NCBI GenBank assembly: GCA_965153285.1 | Contig: OZ229121.1 | Reading direction: 5' to 3' (one strand) | From: Podarcis tiliguerta | Lineage: Eukaryota | Length of the DNA: 64,000 nucleotides | In this document: in pieces, positions 1-15,400 of the stretch | Layout of the letters: the number at the start of each line of letters is the position of its first letter | Numbering within the stretch: position 1 is the stretch's first letter | The notes under the pieces: model-generated | Told to the model about the DNA's origin: nothing | The model's database searches: none | What the model saw: only the letters and a program-made list of their open reading frames with translations | Position numbers and translations under genes: made by a program

Positions 1-219
1 TCTGGGAACAACCTTAGCAACACGGAAGGCATTTTTAGATGAAGCAGTATATAAGTTGTTCCCCCGATATGCTTTGGGACATGGGATTGACAGGCAAGAC
101 TGTGGAGCAACAGGCAAGAGCATTGCTAGGCTTTAAAACCACAGAGCTTCTGTAGTTTAATAATTTAAAAGTTTGTCAAGAGAGAATCACAATTTTTGCC
201 ATACATGAGTAAGTCTTAC

Positions 220-408
220 CTGTTCTTGAAGTCTCTTTTCCAACTGATCCATGATCTCCATTACATCTCTAATGCCCATTTCAGCCAACTCCATTTGAAA
301 TGCTGCTAGAAGAACGTCCTTTTCTTTTTGAAACACTTGCTGAACAGCATACAGAAGTTCAGCTCGCCAATCTGAGACACCTTCAGAAGATTCAGATTCT
401 GCATAAAA
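220..408 (-). CDS. AKAP9: AKAP9 exon (189 nt) FYAESES...DWRAELLYAVQQVF...KRLQEQ
   Basis: cctttgtag|TTTTAT...GAACAG|gtaaga; phase 0-0. Confidence 0.93.
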
Positions 409-3400
409 CTACAAAGGCATGAATGCAATTAAGTAGTCATATCATCACGTCAAACTTTTTTGTTGTTAACTTTCATTGATCTGGCTTTTAACTTATGCAT
501 ACTACAGTGGTTCCTCAGGTTACATACGCTTCAGGTTACAGGTTACAGACTCTGCTAACCCAGAAATAGTGCTTCAGGTTAAGAACTTTGCTTCAGGATG
601 AGAACAGAAATCGTGCTCCAGCGGCGTGGCGGGAGGCCCCATTAGCTAAAGTGGTGCTTCAGGTTAAGAACAGTTTCGGGTTAAGAACGGACCTCCGGAA
701 CGAATTAAGTACTTAACCCGAGGTACCACTGTATTTAAATATATTTAAATACTACTGGGAATGCAACACCTGTGCTTTTTTGAGGGATACCGAAGAGCAC
801 TGTTTTTCTAAGAGGAAACAGCTTACCATTTATTCAGCTCAAATTGCCTGAATGCAACTCATTGTTGCCTTCCCGCAGAGTTAATTTCAACATATTTTGT
901 TGCCACTTATTTGTGCCAGGTACAAGATTTTCAATCTCCATTTCATCAGGATAAGAAATGTGGTCATCAGTAAAACTCAAAGAAGCTGCATATATGTTTT
1001 GAGGTGGCCCAAATTGCTGGAACAGATTCTGGGCTAGCTGTGGTGGTAACTGAAGTAAAGCTTGTGGTACATATTGTAGCAGAACATTTGGAATTTGGAG
1101 ACAACTCCACTTCAGTGTGTTAAGTGTGACAACTGGGGCCTGATGCCTCCAATAATATGTGTGAGTGCTAGGTCCAGTTTTTGTAAACAACTGAGAAGCT
1201 GAGTAAACTCTCAATATAGTTGTTGTTGGGTTTAGTTTTGCTTAGAGGGCCAGGGAAGGTGAGCCACATTGCAACCTCCCGTTCATTTTAGGAGTAATAT
1301 TGTGCTGGATTCTGCATTAAACCTTGTCATTCTTGACCCTTTTGCCCTTTGCTTAATTAAAATAATAATTAAATCCAGTTAAAACTGTAACAAAGAATAT
1401 GACCACATTCTTAGTTTGATTGCTTTTGTATATGACTGGCCAGTCTTAACTTTTTGTTATTTTGGTATTGGCCCTTCTGCCTTCAAAGTCTTCAAAGCCA
1501 CTTTTGAATCAAAGGTCTTTGAAAAGCTGCTTGTGATTTTGGTAGGCTACTGTTCAAAGCAGAAAAATCAGAGGTCCTGCTGAGTGTGTACAAGCTCTCT
1601 GGAGCTTGCATGACTTGGGCTGTAATTCTATATACACCTTCCTAGGAGTAAGTCTCACTGAACACAATGAGATTCACTCTAAGTTGACCTGTATATGATT
1701 GATTTACATATGGCAAGAATTAGATCAGTACAGTGGTGCCCCGCAAGACAAATGTCTCGGAAGACGAAAAACTTGCAAGATGAAAGAGTTTTCCATTTTC
1801 TGAGTTGCTTCGCAAGACGGATTTCCCTATGGGCTTGCTTTGCAAGAAGAAACGTCTTGCGCCTTTTTTTTTTAAACTGCCAATGCATTCCTATGGGAAA
1901 CCGTCAATACACATTGGTGCTTCGCAAGACGAAAAAACTCGTAGAACGAAAAAAACTCGCAGAATGAATTAATTTCATCTTGCGGGGCACCACTGTACTT
2001 TCTTGCAATGGCCAAACTTAAAAATCACTTGCATACGATTTAGCAAGGATCTTAAATTTACTTCCAGTCAATTTTTCGCCCTTCATAGCCCTCTTCTATG
2101 CACAACGAATATTTCACATTAACCTACGTAAAGAAAAAGGCATCTAGTACAATCCATGAAGACTAAGCAGTTTTGTGGTTATAATTACCTCAGTGTCCCT
2201 GTGAATCTGCATTTTTGCAATTACATCCTTCAAAGATGAAACAGTGCCCAAGAAAGCCTTACGTTCTTCTAGCCAAAATTCTGGGCCTTGTTTAAGAGAA
2301 TGTACGTTACTTTCCTTATAAGGAGATTCTGAGAGAGAAATAATCTGTTCACCTTCCCGATGAATAGCTCTTAGCAATCCCTGTTAAAAAAAGAAGCCAA
2401 AAGCTGTTATAAAATCATGCTGTTTGTTGTTTACCATTCTGAGCACATCATATCAAATCAGCCATGCAAAGATAAAGGGGCAGTCCAAAGACAATGCGGA
2501 GCCACTGTCCCCCTAAGTGCTCAAACTTGCGCATGCCTTGGGCTTGAACACTCTTTCCCTACCTTCATGGCTGTAAAGAAGAGATTGGAAGCTATCACTT
2601 TTCAGTAACCCAAATATCCTCATTTTGCTCTACTCTTTGAGTTTATGACTTGCTTTGAAACCATAGTTTTTCTTTAAAAAAACAACAACCCTCAAATTTG
2701 GAAGTAAGGGGAAATTGTGATTTATTTAAAAACGGAAGTGAAAGATTATAATTTTCTCCTCATTATGCTCAAACTGGCCCAAAGCAATGGCTATAACCAA
2801 GAGGAAATGTTGGCTCCACAAACAGTATGTATGTTTTTCTGTTTCTACATCTCCGCTCTAATCTCTGTAATAGTTGTTGCAAGGATTCCAGATTATACTG
2901 GTATAAAATCCCCTTATTTACCTTTATTCCCTTTGGAAGAATATCTGTTGATTCTTCACCTTCATCTCCTATTCCTTCTGATACAGCATCTGCTCCTTGG
3001 CTTGGTAGAAGATATGCTCCTTGGCTCCAGTCTGAACTAGAGTCTAAAACAGGCAAATCATTGGGACAAATCAACATGGCTTCTGGAAAGGGAAGTACTG
3101 CCAAACGCAGAAAAAGACAGGGGACATTCTCAACCATATTTGGAGATAGTGGGAATTGAATCTGCATGCAGAGAAAAAACATTGTTCTCTTACCACTGGA
3201 GCATCCATCTCTAGCATTAGAAGATGAGGGTTGTGCTATGCCAGGGATCCCCTAAAATTCAAATAAATAAATAAATCTAAAGATCAAGATTGAGTTCACT
3301 GTAATAAACGGATGAACTGCTTTTTAAAGAAAACAATAACAAAAGCAACCAGCACAACTACTAGTTGTTGTTGTTGTTTTAAATACAACCACCCTTCATT

Positions 3401-6400
3401 ATCATTTACAAGGTCAGCACAAAAGCAACCAACCTTCCCAGCTTAAATTCAGCTTGCTTTCAACAATTTATGACATCTCTGCAATTTATACCAGCTACTG
3501 AAATTTAGAGGAAAAAGTATTTGAGGCCCACTTTAAAATGTTGATTCCATTAAATCCCTGACCAGCACTTCTATGGGAATCCAATTCATGTCCTAATAAG
3601 CTATCCACTACCTTTCTATAAAAAGATATTGGAGAACTAATCCGTATTCCTCAACAAGGGCAGATTTGTTCCCCAAGGGCCTCCAGATGCCGAGTCCTAC
3701 CATAAACCCTTTCAAAGCCCTTCCAGACCCCTTTCCTTATACCCTCCTTCTCCTCTTATCCCTATTAATCCCCAGAGAACCCTAAATAAGGCAGCTATTT
3801 CCTATGAAGAGTGCTAGTTTCAGAAGAACCATATGTGCTCACTTCTAATAGCCACGAGTGCCACAAAAAGAACATCACCATCTGCACCATCTATGGAAGC
3901 CCGTAAGAAAAAGGTTGGACATTCTTGCCACATTATCACTGGATTCCCCTGGACTGATGAGAAACTATGGAAATTTATCTGATAGTGATAGAACTCCATG
4001 ATGCTATGACTGGTGCAACTCCCTTGTAGGCACCCTGCAAACCCTCTTATTGAAAATGGAAGTGTTGTGACATTATTGATAATACACACCTCTTTATCTC
4101 TCAGGGCTTCTATGACATCCTTCAAAGTGTTACATTCCTCCGTTAATTCCTGCACTACAATAAACTGCTCTCTTTTTAGTGCATCCGATTCCGAGATATG
4201 CCGGGTCTCCATATCCATTATCTCAGCAGCATGTAGCTCCTGCATTTTGTCAATTTTTTCACTGAATTCTTTGATGATTTCTGCAACTTCCTCTGCAGAA
4301 CACCCATTCTGTAAATCAATCTGAATTTCCTTATTTTTGACAAGGAGCTGTGAAGTTTGGTTGCAGCTGTTGATGTGCAGGGCTTTGTCAGTCTGACATG
4401 ATGCATCACTTTTATTGATACAAACAGCCTCTAACTTTTCAATGCACTTTTCCTTTCTTACATAATTTTCAATTTTCTCTTCTGCCTCAGCCAGCTTATC
4501 TTTGGTTTGCCTTAGATCTTCTTCGAGACGAAGTAAACTTGTTTCTTTTACCTAGAAATGGATCAGAATTACAGGTGTTTCAAATACCTTTTTCAAAGCA
4601 CCGAGTTTAAAACATCTGAAGTGGTTTAAAAGTTGTCAAAAAGTCAGATTTTTATTGTTGGCAGCCAGTGGCCATTACAATGTAACTCACAAAAACAAAC
4701 AAGGAAATCCAACTGTAAGTTAAACATGGACATTTTCAGAAATAGAAGTTGTACAAACATAAAATGGTAAAGTTCCTTAAATTGTTTAATTTAAAAACCC
4801 CTTAGGTAGCTTTGGGCACATTTATGTGGAAAAACATCATGCAAATTGATATAAGAATAAGAATACCACCCTTCAACCAAACAGTCTTTTATGAAAATAT
4901 TGCAAGCAATCATTAGCTCAAAATGAAATAATTATGGCAATGTTCAGTTCTTACCATTAACTGCTCATTAAGTTTTTCTGCCTTTTCTCTGTAACTATTA
5001 AGCTCTTCCTTAGCAGCAACAGACTCAGCTCTGATTCTCTCTAGTTCAGGATCATCAGACAGTATATTTCTTTCTTTGTTTTCACTCAATTCTTTAGCCA
5101 CCTGCACAGCAATGTACAAAAAAACCCCAATTTTGTGACTATAAGCCCAGGCATGTTTTGCTTATCTGCTACTACAACCCTGATATCATGATTCCTTGTG
5201 ACATAAGCTGTGTAACAAAGCTTTAAGTAGTTCATTAGGTTGCTAACCAATGAAATCAGGACCATGCAGCTAAGATGCGGTGTCTCTGAAGCGTTCTGGG
5301 TCATTAAAGAAGTCCGTTGAAGAATTTGAAAAGGCCACTGAGTACTACAATACAGATATTGGCCTAGTGTGCATATTCAGCAGGTCATGGCGAGTCATAG
5401 CTTACCACAGGCTTCCTCAACCTCGGCCCTCCAGATGTTTTGAGACTACAATTCCCATCATCCCTGACCACTGGTCCTGCTAGCTAGGTATCATGGGAGT
5501 TGTAGGCCAAAAACATCTGGAGGGCCAAGGTTGAGGAAGCCTGACTTACCACATCATGCATACCAGGCCAGTATTACCTTTAGCACTTAGAGCACAAGAG
5601 TATGGCATTAAATGGAATAACCTAAAGCTACGATTCCAAGAGTCCATGCCGAGCAAAGTGCTTCTTTGAGTGTGCTACAACTTGTCTGAAGCTACTTGCA
5701 TTGAATCAGCAAGAGAAAATGTCTACTTATTTTCAGCAGCGGTTATTTGAAAGCAGTAGCAGTTGGTGGGCAGAGCAGGGTGGGGCTGTACTGCTTACCA
5801 TGTGTCCCAATGCTGGGGTCACTGCCAGTTACTGGCGGGCAGCAGGGATGCTGGCATATAGCAGGTGATGCAGCACCGTCAATCTGGAACTCCCACCACT
5901 TGCCTGCAATGCACCAACCTCCCCACTGCCTTGCTCCCTCCCCATCTCAGAAACTAGCAAGAGACCCAGGTACTGGGAAACCAGGTAAGCAGCTCCTTCC
6001 CACTCCAACCTGCAGACTGCACAAAAGGAAACCAAAGTATTTCCAGCAGGAGGGTAGAGGTTCACACATGGTCTTTGGAATCCAGCCTCAGAAACAGTAA
6101 TATTTAATTGGGTGACCTTTTAGAATTTACTGAAGTATATCGATAGGAAGGTGCTTCTTTCTATCTCGCACAGTTATGCAGCTAGTATTATTATAATCTG
6201 ATAGAACCGGCAATAGTTCATGATAAGCAAAGTGAAAAGATACAAGTTTCCTTACAACTGAGAAATCTGTTTCCCACTGTGCAAGGAGACTTGAACTATT
6301 GCAGAAACATTTCTGGTCATGTATATGGTGTTTTCCAACATCACCTCACCTATTTTTTTGTGAAAATTCACCTACTCCATTAAAGAAGAATGAGCAGCCA

Positions 6401-9400
6401 TTTTTAGGCCACACACACCTGAGCAGTAAGCGTTTTTTCTTGCTTAGAACTCTTTGCTTTCTCCCTTTTGTGCTTTTCTTCTACTTCTGCTAGTAGCTGG
6501 TGAAGTTCAGCAAGTCTCTCTTCCTTCTCCTTTGCTTCCTTCTGTGCAATTTCCACCTTTGCTTTTTCTAGCTCCAGGCTGCTCTGTGCACTTGCCAGCT
6601 GGCTCTCCATTTCCAAAAGTTTGTTGGATAATGAAGATAATATAGAACCTGCACCTTCTCCAGGCGTGCTGTTTCCTTTCTCCGCTGAAATAGTTTTTAT
6701 AGCTTCTAAGGCGTCTCCTGAAACCACCTGCATTTCTTGGAGAAGTTTACTTTGCTCCAGAACTGCTTTCAGCTGAGCTTGACTCACAAGGGCTGCAGCA
6801 ACTTTCTGCTCAAGCGTTTCTTCCAGCTCTGTTATTTTCTGTTTAAGCACCGCTGACTCAGCCTGGGCTTGCTCTTTTAAATCCGTGAGCTGACTGCAAT
6901 GTTGCTTTAGCTCTGAATCCTTTTCCTCCAAAGCCTCTTGAAGCTGCTGCAACTTTGTGCTGGAAGAATCTTTGGCATTTTCCTCCTCATAGCCAAGAGG
7001 GGTTTCATTTTTTAACATTTTAGTTTTCTTCTGACTTTCAGCTTTCAGTTGGCTTGATCCTCGTATTTCTGCCACACCACTGTCCATCTGCATGTTTCTG
7101 TGTATGCCTTCCTTTTTCTCTTGCTCTTTCTTCAGTGCATCTACTTCCTTCTCCAACTTGCTCATCTTTAATTTTGTTTCCTCAAGTTCATTCTTCACGA
7201 CAGAAACCTCTACATCTTTATTTTCCACTTGTTTCACCAAAGCTTCCTTTTCTGCCAACACGACATCAAGCTGGTATTTTAAGTTATCTGCATCTTCCTG
7301 AGTCAAAGAAAAGTCCAGAGGAACTTTGTGCTCAATATTTGCCAACTCCTGCTGGAGTTTTTCAATAACGTCATTTAGCTGCTCAAGTTCCTGTTCGCTG
7401 TTTTGCTTCACACGTTCCTGATCGCTCTTTAAATATTCTATTTGGGCCTCCAGTTCCCTTATGTGCTCATTTTTGCCCTCAATCACCTAGGTGGTCAAAG
7501 AAATAAAAAATATTTAATTATCCAAAAGAGGTAGACATTTCTGGAATTGATTCCAACAACTTGCTGACATAAACAACTCCTCATATTATCAATATATGAT
7601 TGATTGCATAGTGCCAATCAATCCACCTTCGCATGGAAGTTTTAAGAACCAAATGTTTCTGAGAGTTATTTAAGAATTTTGGTTTGTCCAAACATAAACT
7701 TCATAGTATTTTCCACTTAAATGTTTCAAGTTCTGGAAAATATAAAATTCACCGGGGAATATAAAATTCACTGTGTTCAAAGGGACTATATGCAGGACCA
7801 AGTTGCTTCATAGTGCTTTTTGATCAATTATGTCTGCAGATATGCAAGCAGCTTATAGAGTAATTTGTGTAACTCTAATTCAACTGATATTTTCACTGCC
7901 AGAACTATTCCTATATCTCAGCTCCTCAGCTTCATTCTAGTTACTGAACTCCCATTTGCCATTTGCAAAAAAGAACTCTCCAGTGCTGGTTATTTCGACA
8001 AAACCACCGTTATATCCCTAGTTACTAGAACTTAACATTATTTTTCACAGTCCAAACATACAACAAAAAAATGAATAAGTAAGGATCCTGATCGGTCTCC
8101 TAAGTTACAGAATCATAGGGTAATTTCCACATCTTCCTACACTGATGAAGTTGCTATATTATCTAAGTACAGTCGTACCTTGGAAGTCAAACGGAACCCG
8201 TTCCACAAGTCCGTTTGACTTCCAAAACGTATGGAAATCAAACTGCAGCTTCTGATTGGCTGCAGGAAGCTCTTGCAGCCAATCGGAAGCCGTGGAAACC
8301 CCATGGGACGTTTCGCTTCCAAAAATAGTTCACAAACCAGAACAGTCACTTCCGGGTTTGTGGCATTCGGGAGCCAAAAGGTTCAAAAACAAAGCTGTTC
8401 GAAAACCAAGGTACGACTATATATGGTTGGAAAAAAGAGAAACTCATACAATCAACACCTCATATCTTTTTTCTTTGTTTTTAAAGGTGGGATACATTTA
8501 ACAACGTAAGAAGAGCCATGTTGGGTTAGGTCAAAAGCCCACCTAGTCCAGCATCCTGTTCTCTCAGTGGCCAACCAGATGCCTATGGGAAGCCCATAGC
8601 ACTATCTCCACTTGTGATTCCTGACATGCATTCAGATGCATACTGCCTCTAATAGTGAGAGAGAACATAGCCACTGTGGCTAGTAGCCATTTGGCTGAGA
8701 GAAAAAAGAACCGGTGACTATTCAAAAGCTGTGAAATCATGACTTTACAAAACAGTGGCAACTATACAGATGTAAGAGATTTTGTAAGGGGGCGGGGAAG
8801 GACACTATGAAGTAGCAGAAGAAATAAAAATAATAAAGCATATTATTTCACTGGTGTATTATTATGAGGAAGGCAAAATGATCCAAGAGATAAGTTGCCA
8901 ACCATACAAGGAATGTTCCAGAATTTTATCTAAAAGAAATCTGTTTAGAAAGAGGGAAAGGTGTAAAGACCAAGTAAGAAGATTCAAATTATTCAGACAA
9001 ATAATTTAGAGGAAGATAGAAGTAGCTACATGGGGAAGGTGTGCTTTAGAAACCTCAGGAAGAGTTTCAATGCTAGGAATTCAAAGGTAGAAACAGAAAG
9101 AGAAGTATAAATAGAATGGATTCAAAAGACCAATGTAGAATAGCTGAAATATTGGCTTTGAATAGATGACAGTGATTGATTTATAACAACTTCAAGAATA
9201 GAGTTTTGGATGGACTTTGGCCTCACCTAGTAAAACTCTTTCTTTTTGCTTTCTCAGCAAAAGGATGCAGAAAGCATTTATTAGCCACCACAAAAAAAAA
9301 CTAGATGGAACCAGAAAACTCAGAAGCTCTAGATATTTTATATCTTAATGATACAAGATAAAGTCACAGGATTTATGGGAAGCACTACAAATAATTGTCT

Positions 9401-12400
9401 TCCTCTTTCCAAAAGATATAGTAATTCCTGAAAAGACATATAAATAAAGCTAGTGAATTCTCTCTATTGCTAATGCAAAGGAGGCTGTGTGGAGGACTTG
9501 CTACATAACATATCTAAATGAGTAGCAGCAGTAGTGATTTTAGGCATATAGTCATGAAAGGAACAGAAATATGGGATCCTGAAATTGAAAGGAGGAGCGG
9601 AGGGAAGATCCAGAACAAGTTTCTCTTTTGAAAACCTGAAAATAGCAGGAATACTATTATAACTTGGAACAGAGAAATATTATGACTCACTATATTTTGC
9701 TTTTCGAAGCACTTTGTTTCACAGTAACTGGTATCAGCACTCTGAAAACTATTAAAAACTGGTCTGCCTTTTGTGCTTTGCTGTAAAATATACACTGACA
9801 CTCTATCCTAAGTTTGCAAGAAGAATTCAGCAACTTTCTAGAATCACAATTTCAGTTATAAAACGTATTTTTTCTGCAAACCTCTGGCAGAAGTTAGGCA
9901 AAATCCAGCAGATGGCATTAGAGTACAACCCATTGTATAAATACTTGTACTGGAGATGATACATTTCATTAGCATCCTGATAATCACTACTCAGATTATG
10001 TATGTTTATATTGCTCCAGTTATCCTACAGAGGAATTGTGACTAAAATTGCACAATTATCTACCACTACACAGAAATTAAGATTTCAATAAATATATCAA
10101 GAGAAAGCAGAATCCATGAGAACTGTATTTTGAAAATCAGGACATGGATTTCTAAATGCAGTGTGGCCTAACCCACGTTCTAACATCTTAAACTGTTTGG
10201 TTTGTACGGAAGTCTTGATTTTACATCTCACAATGAAAAGAGAGGTTCCCACAAAAGATTCCCAAAACCATGTACTTTGTTATCTGTTGTAATTTCAAGT
10301 TGCTGTTGCAGTTTTGAAATTTGTTCATGAAGTTCATTTATTTCCTGTTCCTTTTCCTGTATGATCTGCACAAATTTTCCAGCAATTGCATGATGACCCT
10401 TTATAGAAGTATCTTCAGGTTTCTGGATAGCTAGTCCCATTTTTTCCATATCCTCCTACAGACAAAAAAACAGTGGCAAATAATGTAACTTGTGTTTCTC
10501 TCATTCTTTTCCATTTACAAGATGAATATACAGATATATATTAATATATTCTTTTTAAAAAAGAAGAAACCAGGATGTTATGCATTAAAAGTTTTAAAAA
10601 CTCATGATTTGCAGATGTGTTCATTCAAGAGAAGAAGATGGGTGGGAAATACCGGATTTCCTTTCCAGATAATTACCTTGAAAAATTTATTCTCTTGTTC
10701 AAGTTCTTGTTGTCTTGTAGTGGACTCTTTGTGCTGGATTTCTAATTGCATGTGCAACTGTTGTACTTCTTCGTTTTTGTTTTCTAGTTCCTCGCGAAAC
10801 TGCTCTAATTGTTCTTCAAGATTTATGATCTATATACCCAAGGTAAGTGTCAAAGGGATAATGTCTTTTAAACAAGCAAAAACCATAAAAATAAAAAAAC
10901 TGTTCTGCAATCTTACGACCATACTTATTTTCAGAAACAAATGTTTGTATTTAATTTCTAGTTCTAAAGTCTTTTAAAAAAATACTCAATTTTACAATGA
11001 ACGTGGAGAATTATGGATGGATACTAGCTCATTTCTTCTATTCCCCCATTCTCAATATAGCACTAGATATACAATGGCTACACACATCCTGAAGATTATT
11101 CCAGAGATGTTGTTCCTTCAGGAAGGTGACAAAGGACCTACAAGAGCTGGTGGGGCTATTTGTCTGTGGCTGAGGGCACAGTGATTCAGCACCCTGAGAT
11201 TTTAAATGGTCACCCACAATTATATCAGGATGGTGCATTGCACTTTGTGGCTAGAGAACACTGCAGAGCGGCACAATAGTAATACTAAACACCCATCAAG
11301 TCTGGTGGTGAAGCTGTATAACCTGTAGATGACTCAGGTTTTTTAAGAGGCAACTGTGATCTCCTAGGCTAAAAGTATCCAAACTGACCAGGTGGCTGGG
11401 TATGGGGAGACCACAAGTTGTGTCACAGGGTCTGGAAAAGGGCATGTGCTGGCCTCTTCTAGACATCATTCCCCTCCACAATGAGCTAAGCAACATTTGA
11501 GCTGGCTTATATCTAAGCAGCAGCAGCAGCAGCCATACCATGGCCCTGCCTTTGCCTTGGGGCTCCCAAGCTATGTGGTCGCATATACATTTGCCATGAA
11601 TGTGGTATGTGGCTCTCTTTGCTCCTCCTACCTCCACTCAGGGGGGACAGTTTCATTTAGGCCACATGTCTGGCCCGCAGAAGAAAGCCAGGCTCATACA
11701 ATGGAGCCATGTGACTATTCTGACCCTCTGCACACTCTGCATCCTGTGAAGTTGGACTGAAATGACTTATATGAAGTATTAACTTATCTGCATAATTGAA
11801 AGGGATACTCTACCTCTTTTTCTTTCCTGTCTACAGCTTCTTGCTCAGCCTGTAACTGTGCTTCAAGGGGCAATTCTCCCCTTATTGTTGTAGAGCCAAA
11901 CTGCTTCCTTTCCTCCACCTTTAAAGTAAGGATATTAGCTATCACATCTCTTTAATTCACAATTAAATAACTGAATGTTCTTGTTGATAATAAATATATA
12001 AAAACATTGTCCACAAAAAAATACCTTTTGCAAACTGTCTGCACTGATCATTAAAGCTTGTTCCAGTTCTCTGATTCTGCACTCTAATTTCTCAATTTCT
12101 TCATTCCGTTCTTGCACATCTCTCTGAAGTTGCTCCTTAGAGAGCAAAAGCTCACTGCATTTATCTGTTTTTTCTTTGAGGTGATTTGTTAACTGCTCAA
12201 CCTGGTGACAATAGGCAGGAACGATATTTCAAACCTCTTGAAATATTAAGGATGAAGAACTCTTTTGATGAAGGCTCCAGAAGATGTATGCTAATGTAGG
12301 TCATAAGTTCAAACACAAATTTACTATAACGTTAACCGAGTTAAATTGCGTAGGAGAAAAAGAGGCAGGAAGTAAGAAGAAAGCTTTCAGTCTCTGAAGT

Positions 12401-15400
12401 ATTTAGGTACAAGGAGCTACTTACTAACCAGAAGCCAAGAGAATAAAGGCAAGTAAGATGGAAGACTCAAGAGAAAGCACATTGAGAGGAAAGAGAGGAT
12501 GTTGGCCGCCACGCATACTGAAATGGAATGTTCACTTATGAGGCAGCCAGAAAGACCTCATTGAGAAAGAAGTAGTAATTGGCCAAAGAAAGATAGCAAG
12601 TGAAAACCAATTAACAAAACACTCCCCAGTGGGTGGACAGCTACCAGTTCAAACTGTATGTACAACAGACAGAAATTACACAGAAGCTCAAGCCTGCCAA
12701 ATTAAAAAGGATGTTGTTTCACAAACACAAATTAAAGAAAACCCAAGAGTGAGTTGTTGAACTCTTAAAAGATTTATTTCAACTTTCACAGGTGGAGTAT
12801 TTCATCTGATGAATGAAGGGTTATCTGCAACTTCTTCCAGATTAGAGACTGATGTATGGACAAACATATAGACAGACACAGGCAGGCTGGCAGGCAGACA
12901 GAGTTGCAGGGAGGAAAGAACACTAGAGTGCAAAACCACGATTACTTCCTGATATGATATCGTTGCTGTGATTATTTTACACGAATTTGAGATTTGCACA
13001 GAAACATCGTAGAACCACCTTTGCCAAGATACTGCTATAAAGTCCCATTGCTGGGGACTATAGTGCAGCTATAGTGCAAAACATCTGGCAAGCACCAGGA
13101 TGTTTGTGCTGCAGTTGTACCCATAGACCTTTGGGTCCACGGTTTGCACTTCCCCCACTTTATCAGTCTCTCTGTGGTGTTAGCTGACAAAGTGGGCTCT
13201 AGTTCACAAAAGCTTATGCTTCAATAAAAGTCTTTAAACATGCTTCAAAATATTTTGTTTTTATTGAAACAGGTGAACACGCTTCACCCCTGGAATGTGT
13301 CACAAATTAAAACTATGTCAGCTATGTCTGCCACATGGAAAAAACACTGCCCTAATTCAAGAAAGAAAGATAAACAACCACAAAAGATGCATATCTTTCT
13401 GTATTAATGATAAAAAGCAAATTTACAAAATTCTAAGTTTTCCCTTTCATTATCCCTGTTCAGTAAATACAAATCATCTATTCAATCTTCCCAGCGAATC
13501 CCACAGAGCCTCTGCTCCAACCTACTTTGCATACGGCCTTTGGAACTCACTTTGATTTTGTCAAGTGTGTTGACTGACTGCATTGGGACTACCATTAGGA
13601 AATAAATGAACTAAAAACCACACCTGAAAAAAAACTGTGGTTTTGGCTATTAATTCTACAAATAAGTGGTTATAATAATGTGTAGCCCAATTGCATGCAA
13701 CAGACCTTATTTGTTCAAAGTAAATATGTGAAGGATTGCAGCCTTTAGCTTAATTCAAATCTTATTTTTCTGGTTTGTTAACTGACATTAAGACAGAATT
13801 CCCCAGTTTGACTATAACAAAGTACTCTGGCTTACTGCGAGACCAGATCTTTGTGCCAAAGCTGGCATGCAATTGGGAAGTAGAAAGGGTGACAGAGGAA
13901 TATGCAGCCATGACACTTGCCCATGGTCATAAACAAAGGATTATGAAACCTTGGACAGTTGTCCAAACAGAGGGCTATATTTTTGTACATTTTCAACATT
14001 TCAGTTTATGTATTTATGGTAAAACAAAGCAACAAACCTGTATCTTACCTCTCTGTTTTGGTGTTCATTGACTGGCTGAAACCTCTGGGGAATCTTAAGC
14101 TGCTGCTCCAGTTTCACAATCTCTTGCTGGAAAACATCTCTCTCATGCTCCCTATCAATCGCCTGTTCCTGAAAATGTAACCATTATATTTCTTATGGCA
14201 AACACGTTCAAATGAACTTCAAAATTAACTCATGGTATCTTGTTTTCAATTTTACTTAAAACTAAACAAGATTTCCAAAATGAATGTAATGATACCACAG
14301 TGCTTCTACTTTTATCAATAACACACACACACACACACACACACAATTAAAACATCTGTTACCAGTAAATAGCAGAAGCCCACAGAAAATCAGCTTTATA
14401 GTTGGAACATAACCACTGATGTTTTATCAAAGTACTGTAGTCAGATGGCTTATCTTCTTTATGACTATGAAAATGTGACAAGCACTGGGCCCAAGAAAGC
14501 AGGTAACTATTTGGCACATGCCTTATTGTCTATATACATTTGTGGCAGGGCTGATAGCAATACATTTTTATATGCAGTATAGTGCCATTGCAGACAGCCA
14601 AGGCAGAACCTAAATATTGTAGATGCTTGACAAAGCACTAGCAATTCTTTTTCTGGCACAGAGCTTAATGTGCTTGCTTGTACTTTAGGCTACTCTTTAG
14701 ATATCAACTCAAATGGGCCACCTTAATAAATACACAAACGCTTGGGGCCATCTCTAGAATACAGTCATACCTAATGTTATGGACGCTTCAGGTTACGTGG
14801 TTTTGGGTTACGGACCGTGGGAAACCCGGAAGTACCAGAACGCTTCAGGATGCGAACACTGCAGGTTGCGGGCGTGCCTCCGTCACAGATTACGTCCGCA
14901 ACCCAAGGTTCCACTGTACTATGACTAATGATTCTCTATTACTCATCATGTCTGGAAAAATACATCTCTAAAATATAACCATCTTATCTCACACATTGTT
15001 TCATAAGATGTCAGGGTGTGGCTATATGCTTTCCTAAAGTATTTTTCAAGGTCCGAAATAATTTTTTTTTTTATTATCAAGTCTGCATTTAACAAATTTT
15101 AAATTCTGAAATTGTGATCAACATTGTTCTTCATTCCTTTTAAGAACACCTATATTTTTAATGTGCATTTTTTAAAAAAAAGTAATCTGCATCAAAATGT
15201 AAAAACGCACAGAAAGCTTTTTTAATGTGCAGTATTAACTAAATTAGAGTATGGCCTTTTTTTCTCTCTCCCACTTTAAAAAAATTCTGTCATATGTGGC
15301 TAGCAGGATTTGCAACCCATCTCTTACTTACATCTAGAAATTTTTTTGTTTTCTCAAGCTGTTTCTCCAGAGCTTGGTTTTGTTGCCTTAGATCCATCAG

